64,000 nucleotides of DNA from the NCBI GenBank assembly GCA_963674865.2, contig CAXXYE010000009.1:224001-288000 (forward strand). Reading direction: 5' to 3'. Shown in pieces: positions 37,762 to 48,580 of this stretch. Position 1 is the stretch's first letter, and each line of letters starts with the position of its first letter. The DNA comes from Candidatus Hydrogenedentota bacterium (GTDB lineage: Bacteria; Hydrogenedentota; Hydrogenedentia; Hydrogenedentales; SLHB01). The notes beneath the pieces were generated by a model. It was not told where the DNA came from and ran no database searches. It saw only the letters and a program-made list of their open reading frames with translations. A program made the position numbers and the translations under genes.

Positions 37762-37987
37762 GGCCGCTTCGCCTATCCCGCACGCGCCGACTGATTCGAC
37801 AGTGCCGAGCACTCGGCGCCTCTGATCGACTTCTCCTCTTGAAACCTGCTCACCTATTAGGTGAAGCCGCCCATCTTGCCAACGCTCTTTCTTCTAATGA
37901 CTTGACGCGCGGCACAATTGGTAATCCGGCCACCGGGGCCATCGTAGTCTCTTTATCGCCCGTTATGTTCTGTGTTAGCATTTACTT

Positions 37988-38332
37988 GTGCCTCCGAAGA
38001 ATCGAGATTCCGAGAAGCGGATCAAGATGGTACTGGCCCTTGACGCGGACAAACTCGGGCTGATCGCGGCCGTGCTGGTGGCCACTATCGTTATGGGACT
38101 CTGTTTCCTGCAGGGGGTCCAAGGCCTTGAAGTGGCCGTGCGCGCGGGATTGACGTTTATTGTTACCTACGGCGCGGTGTACTTCCTGGTTCGTGTGATC
38201 CTCCGGGCGGCTCTGATTGAATTCGCCCAGATGCAGCGTGATCGGAAGAGGCGCAAGAGGGCGGAACTGGACGAACAGCGCGCTGAACGGCGCGAGGCAA
38301 GGCGGCCGACGGGGCCGGGAGAATCTACATGA
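37988..38332 (+). CDS. Small two-TM hypothetical membrane protein
   Basis: Two hydrophobic helices and a basic tail; 4-bp overlap with the PPIase gene. Confidence 0.65.
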   Translation: MPPKNRDSEKRIKMVLALDADKLGLIAAVLVATIVMGLCFLQGVQGLEVAVRAGLTFIVTYGAVYFLVRVILRAALIEFAQMQRDRKRRKRAELDEQRAERREARRPTGPGEST

Positions 38333-39441
38333 CGCGAGCGCGTATGTTCCTGATGGGAATCGCACTTGTCCTGGGCGCTTGCCCGTGCTGGGCTCAGGCG
38401 CCCGATCTGGCCAATATGGACCTGGTGGAGAAGTCCGTGCCTGACGGCCCTGTTGCGAAGGTCCAAGGGGTCAACATTACGCCCGAAGAATTCCTCTCCC
38501 TATACAAGGGCGAACTCCAGATGGCCCAAATGCGCAATTCCGGAGAGGCGCCCGATGATTTCCTCCGCGTGGGTGTTGGCCTCAAGTGCATGCGCGCGCT
38601 CATTGAGCGGGAGATTCTCTATCAGGAGGCTGAGAAGCGCGGGCTTACCATTCCGGATACCGAACTCCAGAAAAGCTGGGATATCGAACTTGATAGGCTC
38701 CGTGAAAGCATGTCCCGCGGCTCCGACAAGGACATCACTGAGGAGCAGATCCTCGCCGAGGCCGGCGCCACCAGAGAAGAAGGCATGCGGGAACTGCGCA
38801 AGGCACTTCTGATCGAGAAGATGAAGGCGGAGCTGGTGAAGGCTTCCGGCGTCAAAGTCACCGACGCCGAAGTCCGGGAATTCTACGAGAAGGAGAAGGA
38901 TCGGTTCCGCCAACCGGATTTGTTTCATCTCAAGCAGCTCTTCATCCGCAGTTTGCGCAACGCGGCGGGTGAGGGCAACACGACCCGGGAGGAAGCGCGC
39001 GCGAGAATCGAGACTGCCCTCAAACGTATTCGCGCCGGCGAGAGCTTCGAGGCCGTCGCCAAGAGCGTTTCCGAAGGGCCGTTTCGTGACAACGGCGGCG
39101 ACCTGGGCCTGACCCCCGCGAACGAGCTGCCGCCATTCTTTATCGATCCGGCGGCTTCCATGCAGCCCGGAGCGATGAGCGATATCATCGAGAGCGAATA
39201 CGGCTTTCACGTCATCAAGCTGGTGGAGTTCAAGCCCGGCGTCGAAGTCGGCTTCGACAAAGCAGGCCCCGTCATTCGGGAACGGCTCCTGGCGGAGCGG
39301 GGCGAGCAGGCGGCGAGCGAGTTCTGTCGTTCCACGATGGAGAATGAGGAGGCGGTTCAAGTCTTCCTGGAGCTGGACAAGACGCTCGCGGCCCACCCCG
39401 ACCTGCGCGATCTGCTTCCAAAGGAAGCGCCGCCGGAATAG
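38329..39441 (+). CDS. Parvulin-type peptidyl-prolyl isomerase / SurA-PrsA-like chaperone
   Basis: Signal peptide; SurA N-domain; GESFEAVAK..S, GGDLG and SEYGFHVIK motifs. Confidence 0.9.
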   Translation: MTRARMFLMGIALVLGACPCWAQAPDLANMDLVEKSVPDGPVAKVQGVNITPEEFLSLYKGELQMAQMRNSGEAPDDFLRVGVGLKCMRALIEREILYQEAEKRGLTIPDTELQKSWDIELDRLRESMSRGSDKDITEEQILAEAGATREEGMRELRKALLIEKMKAELVKASGVKVTDAEVREFYEKEKDRFRQPDLFHLKQLFIRSLRNAAGEGNTTREEARARIETALKRIRAGESFEAVAKSVSEGPFRDNGGDLGLTPANELPPFFIDPAASMQPGAMSDIIESEYGFHVIKLVEFKPGVEVGFDKAGPVIRERLLAERGEQAASEFCRSTMENEEAVQVFLELDKTLAAHPDLRDLLPKEAPPE

Positions 39442-41372
39442 TGCTTGCCGTCTGCCTCATCGCCGTGTCCGCAGCCTCCCCCGCCGAGGGGGCTTACGCG
39501 TGGCCGCTTGATCTTCCCCCTGTACTTACCTCTTCCTTCGGCGAGTACCGCCCGGGCCGCTTCCACGCAGGGATCGACCTGCGCACCAACGGCATCGGGC
39601 GCGATGTCCATGCCGCGGCGCCCGGCTACATCTCGCGCGTCCGCGTGTCGCCGTGGGGATATGGCAAAGCCGTCTACCTGAAACTACGAGACGGCCACAC
39701 CGTTGTCTACGCCCATCTCGATGATTTCGCGCCCGACCTGCGAGCTTATGTCCGCGAGGCGCAGCACCAGCGCAGGTCCTACACCGTGGACCTGTATCCC
39801 GAGCCAGGCCGGTTTCCGGTTCAACGGGGCGAGGTGGTCGCGAAGAGCGGCCGCACGGGAATTGGCTTCCCGCACCTTCACTACGAGATCCGCGACACCG
39901 CCGAACGCCCCGTCAATCCGCGCCTCCTCGGCGTCACGTGGCCCGACGCCGTTGCGCCCGAGATTCGCAAGATCGTTGTTGTGCCTGACGGCCCTGACTC
40001 CCGCGTTGACGGCGACCTCCGCCCGGTGGTGCGCACGGCGCGCCGGACGGCGCCGGGGCAATACACGTGCGATCCGGTTTACGCGGCCGGAAGCGTCGGT
40101 TTCGGGATGGACATGATCGATCCCGCCGACGGCGGCGCGATCAAACTCGGTGTCCGCGTGTTGCGCACGCTTTGCGGCGATGAAGAGCGCTTTGCCACCC
40201 GCATGGATCGCCTTTCTTACGAGAATCACCGCAATGCCGCCGTGTCGTATCATCCCTTTCTGCTTGATCGCGGCCGGTTTTTCGTCCAGTGGCGCTGGCC
40301 CGGCAACGTGTGCGAGGTATATCAGGAGTCGCCTGGAGACGGGTGGTTCGATGTGCCCGGCGAGCCGGTTGAGATTCGCATGGAAATCGAGGACTTCGCG
40401 GGGAACCAGTCAGTCATCGCCATTCCACTGCGCCCGGAGCCGGCCAACGACGAGCCATCGACGTCTGATGTGCGCAAGACGTCCAGCGAAGGGGCCTCGG
40501 TGAGCCTGGCGTGCATGGGCGACTGGCTCATTATCACTGCCTCGTTCTCCGAGCCGGAGGAAGCAACGCCCGTGCTCGAAATCGACGCGCCGCCGCCAGC
40601 TTCTGGCGGGATCTTCCAGCGGGTCGACGATCATACCTTCCGCGCCGGCTACCGGCCGTCCGACGACACGCGATGGGCCGTGCTCGGCGTGTGCCACCCG
40701 GACCTGCCGCTCTATGAGCGCGAGTTGGTGGTTTTCCATCGCGGCGACCCCGCGCGCAGCGTCGATTTCGGTGCCCTTCGCCTCAGCGTTGCGCCCGAGT
40801 CGCCGTACGGCACGCTATTCACCCGCGTTGATATGCCGCCGGCCGTGCCGCCATCGCGGATTCGGATGCTCGGAAGGCCCTATCGCCTTTGGCCTGACGC
40901 GACGCCCATTGACACGCCTGTGGACGTGTCGCTGCCCATCCCCGAAGATGCGGAGCGCCCGGAGCGGCTGCATCTCTACCGCGCGAGCGGGAGCCATTGG
41001 TATTGCCAACAAGGCGCCAAGCGCGAGGACGGCCGGCTCGTCCTCGCCACGAGAGACTTCGGCGTCTTCGCCGTCATGGAAGACGACGTGCCGCCGACGA
41101 TCTCCGACATCACGCCGGCCGAAGGCGCCACGGCCGAGTCCCGCCGCCCCCGCATCCGTGCACACGTCAGCGATGTCGGTAGCGGCGTCAGCGATATCAC
41201 CGTAACCTGCGGCGACCTCTGGCTGCTTATGGAATACGACCCGGAACAGGGCGTCATCACCTGGGAGCGCGACGAGGACCTGCCTCCGGGCCTCCAAGAG
41301 ATCATCTTCTCCGTCACCGATGCCGCCGCCAACACGGCAACGGTGTCCAGAACTATACGCGTGCCCGAGTGA
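39441..41372 (+). CDS. M23-family metallopeptidase with C-terminal beta domains
   Basis: SSFGEYR..RFHAGID, YAHL and PHLHYEIR motifs. Confidence 0.88.
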   Translation: MLAVCLIAVSAASPAEGAYAWPLDLPPVLTSSFGEYRPGRFHAGIDLRTNGIGRDVHAAAPGYISRVRVSPWGYGKAVYLKLRDGHTVVYAHLDDFAPDLRAYVREAQHQRRSYTVDLYPEPGRFPVQRGEVVAKSGRTGIGFPHLHYEIRDTAERPVNPRLLGVTWPDAVAPEIRKIVVVPDGPDSRVDGDLRPVVRTARRTAPGQYTCDPVYAAGSVGFGMDMIDPADGGAIKLGVRVLRTLCGDEERFATRMDRLSYENHRNAAVSYHPFLLDRGRFFVQWRWPGNVCEVYQESPGDGWFDVPGEPVEIRMEIEDFAGNQSVIAIPLRPEPANDEPSTSDVRKTSSEGASVSLACMGDWLIITASFSEPEEATPVLEIDAPPPASGGIFQRVDDHTFRAGYRPSDDTRWAVLGVCHPDLPLYERELVVFHRGDPARSVDFGALRLSVAPESPYGTLFTRVDMPPAVPPSRIRMLGRPYRLWPDATPIDTPVDVSLPIPEDAERPERLHLYRASGSHWYCQQGAKREDGRLVLATRDFGVFAVMEDDVPPTISDITPAEGATAESRRPRIRAHVSDVGSGVSDITVTCGDLWLLMEYDPEQGVITWERDEDLPPGLQEIIFSVTDAAANTATVSRTIRVPE

Positions 41373-41671
41373 TCCCCCGCCATGGGCCTCCGGTGCGTGC
41401 TGCATAAGCGCCGTAAGTGCTCGCCGCATTTCCTCGCGACCAGAGAGATCGTTTGAGAATCAAGGCGGGAGATCTCGGCTAGTGCGAGTGTTTGCCCCGT
41501 CGTCCTCTTCATTGATATGCTTCGTTCAAGCAGGATGACTAGCCGCAGCTGTTGTTGGAATTCCGCTTGGAGGACTGTGACGCACTTCCGTGATGTGCCT
41601 ATGCGGAAAGAGACATCCGAATGCCGCACTCTATGCAGGCGAGGCCGGCTTTCGTTGGAGTTGAGCAGGAC

Positions 41672-42661
41672 ATGAAGAGGCGAGCGCCACGCAACAGGAC
41701 ATTGACATGCTCTACATCCGAGCTGGAAGAGTTATCGAGAGAGCTTCTGTACCTGAAGGCCGCCGCAAGATCCCAAGATGTCATTAACCGCGTAATATGT
41801 CAGGATCTATGGGAAGCTGCTCGTTTTCTGCCTAAGAAATTCGTCGATCTTCTTGTCCTTGATCCCCCATACAATCTGACAAAGGACTACAACGGCCATT
41901 TGTTTCGCGCTAGAGACGCTGAGGACTATGCGTTGTGGTTTTCAGAACTCTTGCAAGCACTCCTTCCAGCTCTTAAGCCAAGGGCCTCCGTATATGTCTG
42001 TAGTGATTGGAAAACATCCACTCTAGTGTTTCCCGTTCTAGATCGCTTCTTCCTCGTGCGCAACAGGATCACGTGGGAACGGGAGAAGGGGCGCGGAGCG
42101 AGAACGAACTGGAAAAACAATACAGAGGACATTTGGTTCGCAACACGCACAGGCGACTACCATTTTAACGTTGACGACGTCAAGCTGAGGCGGCGCGTAA
42201 TTGCCCCGTACCGCACTGAAGATGGCAAGCCAAAAGACTGGGAGGCGAGCCGAAACGGGAATTACCGATTAACGTATCCGTCCAACCTCTGGTCCGACAT
42301 CACAGTCCCCTTTTGGTCGATGCCGGAGAACACGGACCACCCCACCCAGAAACCCGAGAAGCTCATTGCCAAGCTCGTGCTCGCCAGTTCTCAGGCGGGC
42401 GACGTGGTCTTGGATCCTTTTCTGGGCAGCGGCACTACAGCCGTCGTAGCCAGAAAGCTGGGCCGGCGGTTCTGTGGAATTGAACTTAACCGTGAATACT
42501 GCTGCTGGGCAATGAAACGTCTGCAGAAGGCTGAGTCGGACAAGAGTATCCAAGGTTACTCGGGCGCCGTGTTCTGGGAAAGAAACAGCTTGAACGGTCC
42601 GAGCCGTCGCTCGCTGGGGGCCGCGTGTACTGAGGAGACCATGGAACTGTTTGATGAATAG
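41672..42661 (+). CDS. Beta-class N4/N6 DNA methyltransferase
   Basis: DPPY precedes HPTQKPE and DPFLGSGTT. The start is 41672 or 41621. Confidence 0.92.
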   Translation: MKRRAPRNRTLTCSTSELEELSRELLYLKAAARSQDVINRVICQDLWEAARFLPKKFVDLLVLDPPYNLTKDYNGHLFRARDAEDYALWFSELLQALLPALKPRASVYVCSDWKTSTLVFPVLDRFFLVRNRITWEREKGRGARTNWKNNTEDIWFATRTGDYHFNVDDVKLRRRVIAPYRTEDGKPKDWEASRNGNYRLTYPSNLWSDITVPFWSMPENTDHPTQKPEKLIAKLVLASSQAGDVVLDPFLGSGTTAVVARKLGRRFCGIELNREYCCWAMKRLQKAESDKSIQGYSGAVFWERNSLNGPSRRSLGAACTEETMELFDE

Positions 42662-43811
42662 CGTCTTGGCTCGTCTGTTTTCTCTGGTTGAGCGTAACGA
42701 CGGAATCAACGACAAGGCAAAGCTGTCGAAGATCGTCAAGGATGAGTTTGGACTTACTAAAGACCGCTCTGTCTACTACTGCTCCGCCTTTGCGGTTCGC
42801 TTCAGTTCATCCACATCGCGCTCCTTTGGGAATACCGTGCTTTCGCTATCAAACTTGCGGAAATACGACGATCGTCCATTCATAGTCTGCCTTGTCACGC
42901 CGGAAAAGAACTACTGTTTCCTCGGCAACACAACCTTCTTGAGGAAGATCAGTCATAGTTCGCAGGAACTTCGCCAAGACAACATACGCGGTAGCTTCAA
43001 CGGCTCGGATATCGTTCGAGAGTTCGAGGGAATTGAGAACACGGCCGAAAACGTTGAAAGGCTTTATGCGATTCATGCCGACATTGGATTCGAAGGGAAC
43101 CTCCCGCGGCTTGTCGAGGCGACCAACAACATACGTCCGTCTGGGAGGAAGTATGTTATCGATGACGATGCGAGAGCCGCCATTCTAGCTGCGCCAAGAC
43201 GTGCCGTTCTGTTCTCCCAATCAGCCGAACACGCGACCCTCAAAGCAGAGCTTGATTCAAGGGTAGACGAGTTCAAGACAGAGATCTTGTTTGCTGCTTT
43301 GATTGAGAATGTGAATGTGCGCGGCCGAATCATCGAGTATCTGATCGCAGGACAAGATGATGGGCTGCGGCAGGAGCTCATTACGGCCCTTAGAGTGGGA
43401 AGCCGTGGGATTCCGGCGTTCAAGACAGACAACACCTTGGGCGACTACCATAGGCGCTTCGATTTGTTCGAGACCGAAACGGACGTGAAAACGAAGATCA
43501 TGATACTCAATTCGAATCCGAAGGCCTACAACCTGGACAAGATGCTTGAATTCCTTACGAGAGAACACTCGGTCTTCATGTTCTACTTTGTAGGTGTCGA
43601 TCCTGACCGTATCGTGAATACTGTGCTTGTCTCGATGTTCCAAAAAGACCTTCTCGCTGGCACAATTCTCCTTCGACACTGGGCGGGTCGCAACTCACGT
43701 GGAGTATCTCAGTTCGAGGGTAGAGTCATTAACGATCTTGTCCTTTCCCCAGTTCTTGACATAGACGAAGAAGAGGCAGGAAGATTCCTGCAGCGCGTAA
43801 TGGAGCTTTAG
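42654..43811 (+). CDS. Putative type II restriction endonuclease
   Basis: Overlaps the methyltransferase stop; lower GC than the flanks; candidate PD-(D/E)xK core LGDY...ETDVKTK. Confidence 0.6.
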   Translation: MNSVLARLFSLVERNDGINDKAKLSKIVKDEFGLTKDRSVYYCSAFAVRFSSSTSRSFGNTVLSLSNLRKYDDRPFIVCLVTPEKNYCFLGNTTFLRKISHSSQELRQDNIRGSFNGSDIVREFEGIENTAENVERLYAIHADIGFEGNLPRLVEATNNIRPSGRKYVIDDDARAAILAAPRRAVLFSQSAEHATLKAELDSRVDEFKTEILFAALIENVNVRGRIIEYLIAGQDDGLRQELITALRVGSRGIPAFKTDNTLGDYHRRFDLFETETDVKTKIMILNSNPKAYNLDKMLEFLTREHSVFMFYFVGVDPDRIVNTVLVSMFQKDLLAGTILLRHWAGRNSRGVSQFEGRVINDLVLSPVLDIDEEEAGRFLQRVMEL

Positions 43812-44213
43812 GTAGGCCGATGCCCGCCGAATGACCGTAACCGACGTAAGCAAGCCGGGGCGTTGTCGTCAAGTGCTCGGAGGGGCGATCATGGGATAAC
43901 GAATCTCGGGCATTCATCCACTCACGACTCTACGAGGGATCTTCTTTGAGTATGGCTAGATCTCCGAGAAGAACAAGCGCTGGGATCTCAGGCCGCTTCT
44001 CCAAAAGGACACCCAAGACGTAAGATGCGCCGGGCTGGGATTGCTCCTGGCTTCTCCGCCAGACTTGCCTTGGAAGAAGGATCCGTGACTCCATGAGTTC
44101 CGCTGTGGGCCACCGCCCTTCACCCGCTGCGAGCGCTTCCCGCGTAGCGCATTCCATACGCATGACTGCGCCAGGAATGAGGCCCCGTCCGCGTTTCGTG
44201 AGCGGCGCAGTCC

Positions 44214-44242
44214 TTGAAGTGTGTGTGGTCATACGCGATAAT
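44214..44242 (+). promoter_or_regulatory. Sigma70-type promoter of the first ilvD
   Basis: TTGAAG-N17-GATAAT; AGGAGG before ATG 44299. Confidence 0.55.
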
Positions 44243-44298
44243 GATCCCCTAACCACCCTGTACCACCCGCCAGAAGCCGGCGATCAGGAGGAATACTT

Positions 44299-45966
44299 AT
44301 GCGAAGTGATCAAGCCAAGAAGGGCCTCGAGCGCATGGCCAACCGCGCGCTCTTGTACGCCACCGGCGTCACGCCCAAGCAGATGGAAAAGCCTTTTATC
44401 GGCGTGTGCTCCAGCTTCACCGATCTGGTGCCAGGCCACATCGGCATGCGCGCCCTCGAACGCAAGATTGAATGGGGCGTGTGCAGCGGCGGCGGCACGC
44501 CGTTTCTCTTCTGCGTGCCGGGCATTTGCGACGGCGTTGCCATGGGCCACTCCGGCATGCACTATTCGCTGCCCTCCCGAGAACTGATCGCCGACATGGT
44601 GGAGTCCATTGTTCAGGCACATCAGCTTGATGGACTCGTGCTGCTCACGAATTGCGACAAGATCACGCCCGGCATGCTCATGGCGGCGTGCCGGCTCGAT
44701 ATCCCGTCCATCGTCGTCACGGCGGGCCCGATGCGCTCCGGGCGTCACAGCGGCCGTCGGCTCTCGCTTGTCCGCGATACCTTTGAGGCCGTAGGCCTGT
44801 GTCAGGCGGGCAAGCTCGGCGCCGAAGAGGCCGCCGAACTCGAGATGGAGGCCTGCCCCGGGGAAGGCTCTTGCCAGGGACTTTACACCGCGAACACGAT
44901 GGCCTGTTTGACGGAGGCCATGGGCATGAGCCTGCCCGGCACGGCGTGCGCCCTCGCCGGTACGGCGAAGAAGGCGCGGCTCGCTCAGGAAGCCGGTGAG
45001 CGGGTGGTTGAGCTTGTGCGCCAAGGCGTCACCTCGCGCGCCATCGTTACGAAGGGCGCCGTCGAGAACGCGATTCGCGTGGATCTGGCCCTCGGCGGCT
45101 CCACCAACACGACGCTCCATATCCCGGCCATCGCCCACGCGGCCGAAGTGGACGTGACGCTTGAAGCCTTCGATCGGCTCAGCCGCGAAGTGCCTCAACT
45201 TGCCTCCTTACGGCCCGGCGGCGAGTTCATGATGGAGGATCTCGATTGGGCCGGGGGCATCCCGTCCATGCTCAAAGCATTGGCCCCGCTGTTGGACAAG
45301 GACTGCCAGACGTGCAGCGGCGCGACTATCGCCCAGATCTGTGAAGCCGCTCCGGTTGGCGCCCCCGAAGTCGTTCACACCCTCGACGCCCCCGTCGCCA
45401 AGGAAGGCGGCATCGCCGTCCTCAAGGGCTCGCTCGCGCCCGACGGCGCAGTCGTCAAGCAGGGCGCCGTCTCCCCCGCGATGCAGCAATTCACCGGCAC
45501 GGCGCGTGTATTCGACAACGAGGACGCCGCCATGGCGTATCTGCTCGAAGGCAAAGTGGCGCCGAACGACGTCCTAATCGTGCGTTACGAAGGCCCGAAG
45601 GGCGGGCCCGGCATGCGCGAATCCCTCGCGCTGACGGCGGCCGTGGCCGGCTGCGGCCTGGGCGACAAGATTGCCATCGTTACCGACGGCCGCTTTTCCG
45701 GGGGCACCCGTAACCTGAGTATCGGGCACGTCTCGCCGGAGGCCGCCGAAGGGGGAGCCATCGCCCTCGTCCGGAATGGTGATTCCATCAAGGTGGATTT
45801 ACCGGCCCGCCGCCTCGATCTGCTCGTCGACGAGAAGGAACTCGAAAAACGCCGCGCGGCCTGGCAGCGGCCCGCCCCGAAATTCTCCCGTGGCTGGCTG
45901 TCGCGCTATGAACGCCTCGTCACCAGTGCGGCGCAGGGGGCTGTCTTGGAGCCGCCGTCTGTGTAA
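44299..45966 (+). CDS. ilvD: Dihydroxy-acid dehydratase, PGH-motif type
   Basis: [45 protein letters not shown] and TDGRFSGG motifs. Confidence 0.93.
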   Translation: MRSDQAKKGLERMANRALLYATGVTPKQMEKPFIGVCSSFTDLVPGHIGMRALERKIEWGVCSGGGTPFLFCVPGICDGVAMGHSGMHYSLPSRELIADMVESIVQAHQLDGLVLLTNCDKITPGMLMAACRLDIPSIVVTAGPMRSGRHSGRRLSLVRDTFEAVGLCQAGKLGAEEAAELEMEACPGEGSCQGLYTANTMACLTEAMGMSLPGTACALAGTAKKARLAQEAGERVVELVRQGVTSRAIVTKGAVENAIRVDLALGGSTNTTLHIPAIAHAAEVDVTLEAFDRLSREVPQLASLRPGGEFMMEDLDWAGGIPSMLKALAPLLDKDCQTCSGATIAQICEAAPVGAPEVVHTLDAPVAKEGGIAVLKGSLAPDGAVVKQGAVSPAMQQFTGTARVFDNEDAAMAYLLEGKVAPNDVLIVRYEGPKGGPGMRESLALTAAVAGCGLGDKIAIVTDGRFSGGTRNLSIGHVSPEAAEGGAIALVRNGDSIKVDLPARRLDLLVDEKELEKRRAAWQRPAPKFSRGWLSRYERLVTSAAQGAVLEPPSV

Positions 45967-46014
45967 GTCACCCGGCCGCCTCGTAGCGTTCGCCGGGCTG
46001 AAAGGAACGGAAGT

Positions 46015-46776
46015 ATGCCGTCTAGGGAATCCCGCCGCGAGTTGATCAAGTCGCAGTTTGGCCTGCACAAACTGCTGCCGCAACAGGACTTGATGTCCGA
46101 TCAGCAGAAGGGGGCCGGTGCGCCCCCCCTCCAGAAGCCCTTTGTGGAAGATGCCGAGATCATCCAGCTCCCTGAGCCGGACGCCGCTGTCTTGACGGAA
46201 CGTGATATCAACGCTTGCGTGTCCCAACGCCGGAGTCGCCGGCAATTCGCCGCCGAGGACATCCCGCTCGAGAACCTCTCCTACCTCCTATGGGCCACGC
46301 AAGGCATCCAGGAAGTCGTCGGTGACGGCTACGCCAGCTTCCGTACGGTGCCCTCCGGCGGCGCGCGCCATCCGCTTGAGACGTATGTCGTGGCGAATCG
46401 CGTCAGCGGACTCGCGAAAGGCGTGTTTCGCTACCTGCCGTGCGGGCACCGGCTCCTTTTCGAGTTCGACGGCGAGGACGTGTCGGCGCAACTTGCCGAA
46501 GCCGCCTGCGGGCAGGCCTTTGTCGGCGAAGCTCCCGTGACGTTCATCTGGACATGCGTTCCCTACCGCTGCGAGTGGCGTTATCCCCTCGAAGCGCCCA
46601 AGCTGATCCTTCTCGACGCGGGCCACGCTTGCCAGAACCTCTACCTGGCCTGTGAGGCCATGGGCTATGCCACGTGCGCCATCGCGGCGTATGAACAAGA
46701 CGCCATGGATCGCCTCCTGCGCGTGGATGGCGAGAACGAGTTCGCCGTCTACCTGGCCCCCGCCGGCAAGAAATAG
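46015..46776 (+). CDS. SagB/ThcOx-like nitroreductase-family protein
   Basis: RRSRR.F, LLWATQG, RTVPSGGARHPLETY and DAGHACQNLYLA motifs. Confidence 0.88.
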   Translation: MPSRESRRELIKSQFGLHKLLPQQDLMSDQQKGAGAPPLQKPFVEDAEIIQLPEPDAAVLTERDINACVSQRRSRRQFAAEDIPLENLSYLLWATQGIQEVVGDGYASFRTVPSGGARHPLETYVVANRVSGLAKGVFRYLPCGHRLLFEFDGEDVSAQLAEAACGQAFVGEAPVTFIWTCVPYRCEWRYPLEAPKLILLDAGHACQNLYLACEAMGYATCAIAAYEQDAMDRLLRVDGENEFAVYLAPAGKK

Positions 46777-46855
46777 CGGCCCTATCAGCGGCGTTGTCAT
46801 GGTAAGGCGCCGGAGCCGACGCCGGCGCCGGGAAGCTGTGTCCGGGAGGCCATCC

Positions 46856-48580
46856 ATGAAAAAGCCGTCGCTCCATCGCCATTACTCCACCGCCGTCACG
46901 GGGCCCCTCGAACGGGCTCCCAGCCGCGCCATGCTCCGCGCCGTTGGCTTCGATGAGGCCGACATGGCCAGGTCGCAGGTGGGCATCGCCTCGACTTGGA
47001 GCATGGTTACCCCCTGCAATATGCACATCGACTCCCTTGTGAAGCACGTGGGGATGGGCGTCGAGGCCGCCGGGGGCAAAGGCATCATCTTCAACACCAT
47101 CACCATTTCCGACGGCATCGCCATGGGCACGGAAGGGATGAAGTACTCCTTAGTGTCACGTGAAGTCATCGCGGATTCGGTGGAAACCGTCGGCGGCTGC
47201 CAGGCTTTCGACGGATTGGTGGCCATCGGCGGGTGCGATAAGAATATGCCCGGATGCATGATGGGCATCGCACGCCTGAATAGGCCCGCCGTGTTCGTGT
47301 ACGGCGGCACCATCATGCCCGGCAAGTATCAGGGGAAGCCCGTAGACATTGTCTCCGTGTTTGAAGCCGTGGGCCGGCATGCGCGGGGCGAGATATCGGA
47401 TGAGGAACTCCACGCTATCGAAGCCTGCGCGATTCCCGGCCCGGGCGCCTGCGGCGGGATGTATACGGCGAACACCATGGCCTGTGCCATCGAGGCCCTC
47501 GGGATGAGCCTGCCCAACAGCTCGGCCCAGGCCGCCGTTTCCGACGCGAAGGAGCGCGACTGCGCCGCGGCGGGCGCCGCTGTCATGGACCTCATCAATG
47601 AGGGGATCCGCCCGAGCGATATCATGACGCGCAAGGCCTTCGAGAACGCCGTGACGGTGGTTATGGCTTTGGGCGGCTCGACTAACGCCGTGCTCCACTT
47701 GCTCGCCATGGCCCACACCGTCGGCGTCAGACTCTCGCTGGACGATTTCGCCCGCATCGGCAAGCGCACGCCCGTGCTTGCCGACCTCAAACCTAGCGGG
47801 CGGCACGTCATGGCCGACCTCGTCAGGATCGGCGGCGTCACGCCGCTCATGAATATGCTGCTGAAGGCGGGACTACTCCATGGGGATTGCCTCACCGTCA
47901 CCGGCAAGACACTGAAGCAGAATCTGGCCCGCGTGAAGGCGTATCCCAAGAGCCAGCAAGTCATCCGGCCTTTCAGCAATCCCGTGAAGCAGACGGGCCA
48001 CCTCGTCGTGCTCTACGGAAACCTCGCGCCCGAGGGGGCCGTAGCCAAGATCAGCGGCAAAGAGGGCACCCGCTTCGCCGGTAAAGCACGCGTCTTCCGC
48101 TCGGAGGAGGAGGCCCTGGCGCGCATCTTGGACGGCACCGTCAAGAAGGGCCACGTCGTGGTAATCCGCTACGAGGGGCCGAAGGGCGGCCCAGGAATGC
48201 GTGAAATGCTTGCCCCTACCTCGGCCCTCATCGGACGCGGACTCGGAAAAGATGTTGCCCTGATCACCGACGGCCGCTTCTCAGGCGGCAGCCACGGCTT
48301 TGTCGTGGGCCATATTACTCCCGAGGCTCAGGCCGGCGGCCCCATCGCCGTGGTGAAGAATGGGGACAACATTATCATCGATGCTGAGAACCGCAGCATC
48401 ACCCTTGATATCGCCGACACGGAGATGCGCACGCGTCTGGCGAAATGGAAGCCCCCGAAGCCGCGCTATGCGCGCGGCGTCCTGGCCAAGTATGCCGCCC
48501 TCGCCGCATCGGCGTCTCGCGGCGCGCTTACCGACGCCGCGTTGGCCGACCTCACGCGGCCGCCGTCCGAAACACGGTGA
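46856..48580 (+). CDS. ilvD: Dihydroxy-acid dehydratase, PCN-motif type
   Basis: TPCNMH, SDGIAMGTEGMKYSLVSRE, CDKNMPG and CGGMYTANTM motifs; GGAGG before ATG 46856. Confidence 0.93.
   Translation: MKKPSLHRHYSTAVTGPLERAPSRAMLRAVGFDEADMARSQVGIASTWSMVTPCNMHIDSLVKHVGMGVEAAGGKGIIFNTITISDGIAMGTEGMKYSLVSREVIADSVETVGGCQAFDGLVAIGGCDKNMPGCMMGIARLNRPAVFVYGGTIMPGKYQGKPVDIVSVFEAVGRHARGEISDEELHAIEACAIPGPGACGGMYTANTMACAIEALGMSLPNSSAQAAVSDAKERDCAAAGAAVMDLINEGIRPSDIMTRKAFENAVTVVMALGGSTNAVLHLLAMAHTVGVRLSLDDFARIGKRTPVLADLKPSGRHVMADLVRIGGVTPLMNMLLKAGLLHGDCLTVTGKTLKQNLARVKAYPKSQQVIRPFSNPVKQTGHLVVLYGNLAPEGAVAKISGKEGTRFAGKARVFRSEEEALARILDGTVKKGHVVVIRYEGPKGGPGMREMLAPTSALIGRGLGKDVALITDGRFSGGSHGFVVGHITPEAQAGGPIAVVKNGDNIIIDAENRSITLDIADTEMRTRLAKWKPPKPRYARGVLAKYAALAASASRGALTDAALADLTRPPSETR

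Noticed and set aside
44053..44062. TCTCCGCCAG match to the tRNA-Ser 3' end near the R-M cassette, as a second att site
   Set aside because: Only 10 bp and GC-rich, which is plausible by chance; housekeeping genes lie between it and the tRNA.
44164..44212. 9-bp inverted repeat upstream of ilvD as a riboswitch, T-box or ribozyme
   Set aside because: No recognisable conserved core, and it lies upstream of the predicted promoter.
41370..44249. 8-bp direct repeat TGATCCCC flanking the R-M cassette
   Set aside because: Short, and the right copy is downstream of the likely native ilvD promoter, so it is unconvincing as an insertion scar.
46015..46776. SagB-type dehydrogenase as a sign of a thiazole/oxazole RiPP cluster
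   Set aside because: No YcaO cyclodehydratase or precursor peptide nearby; stand-alone members of this family are common.
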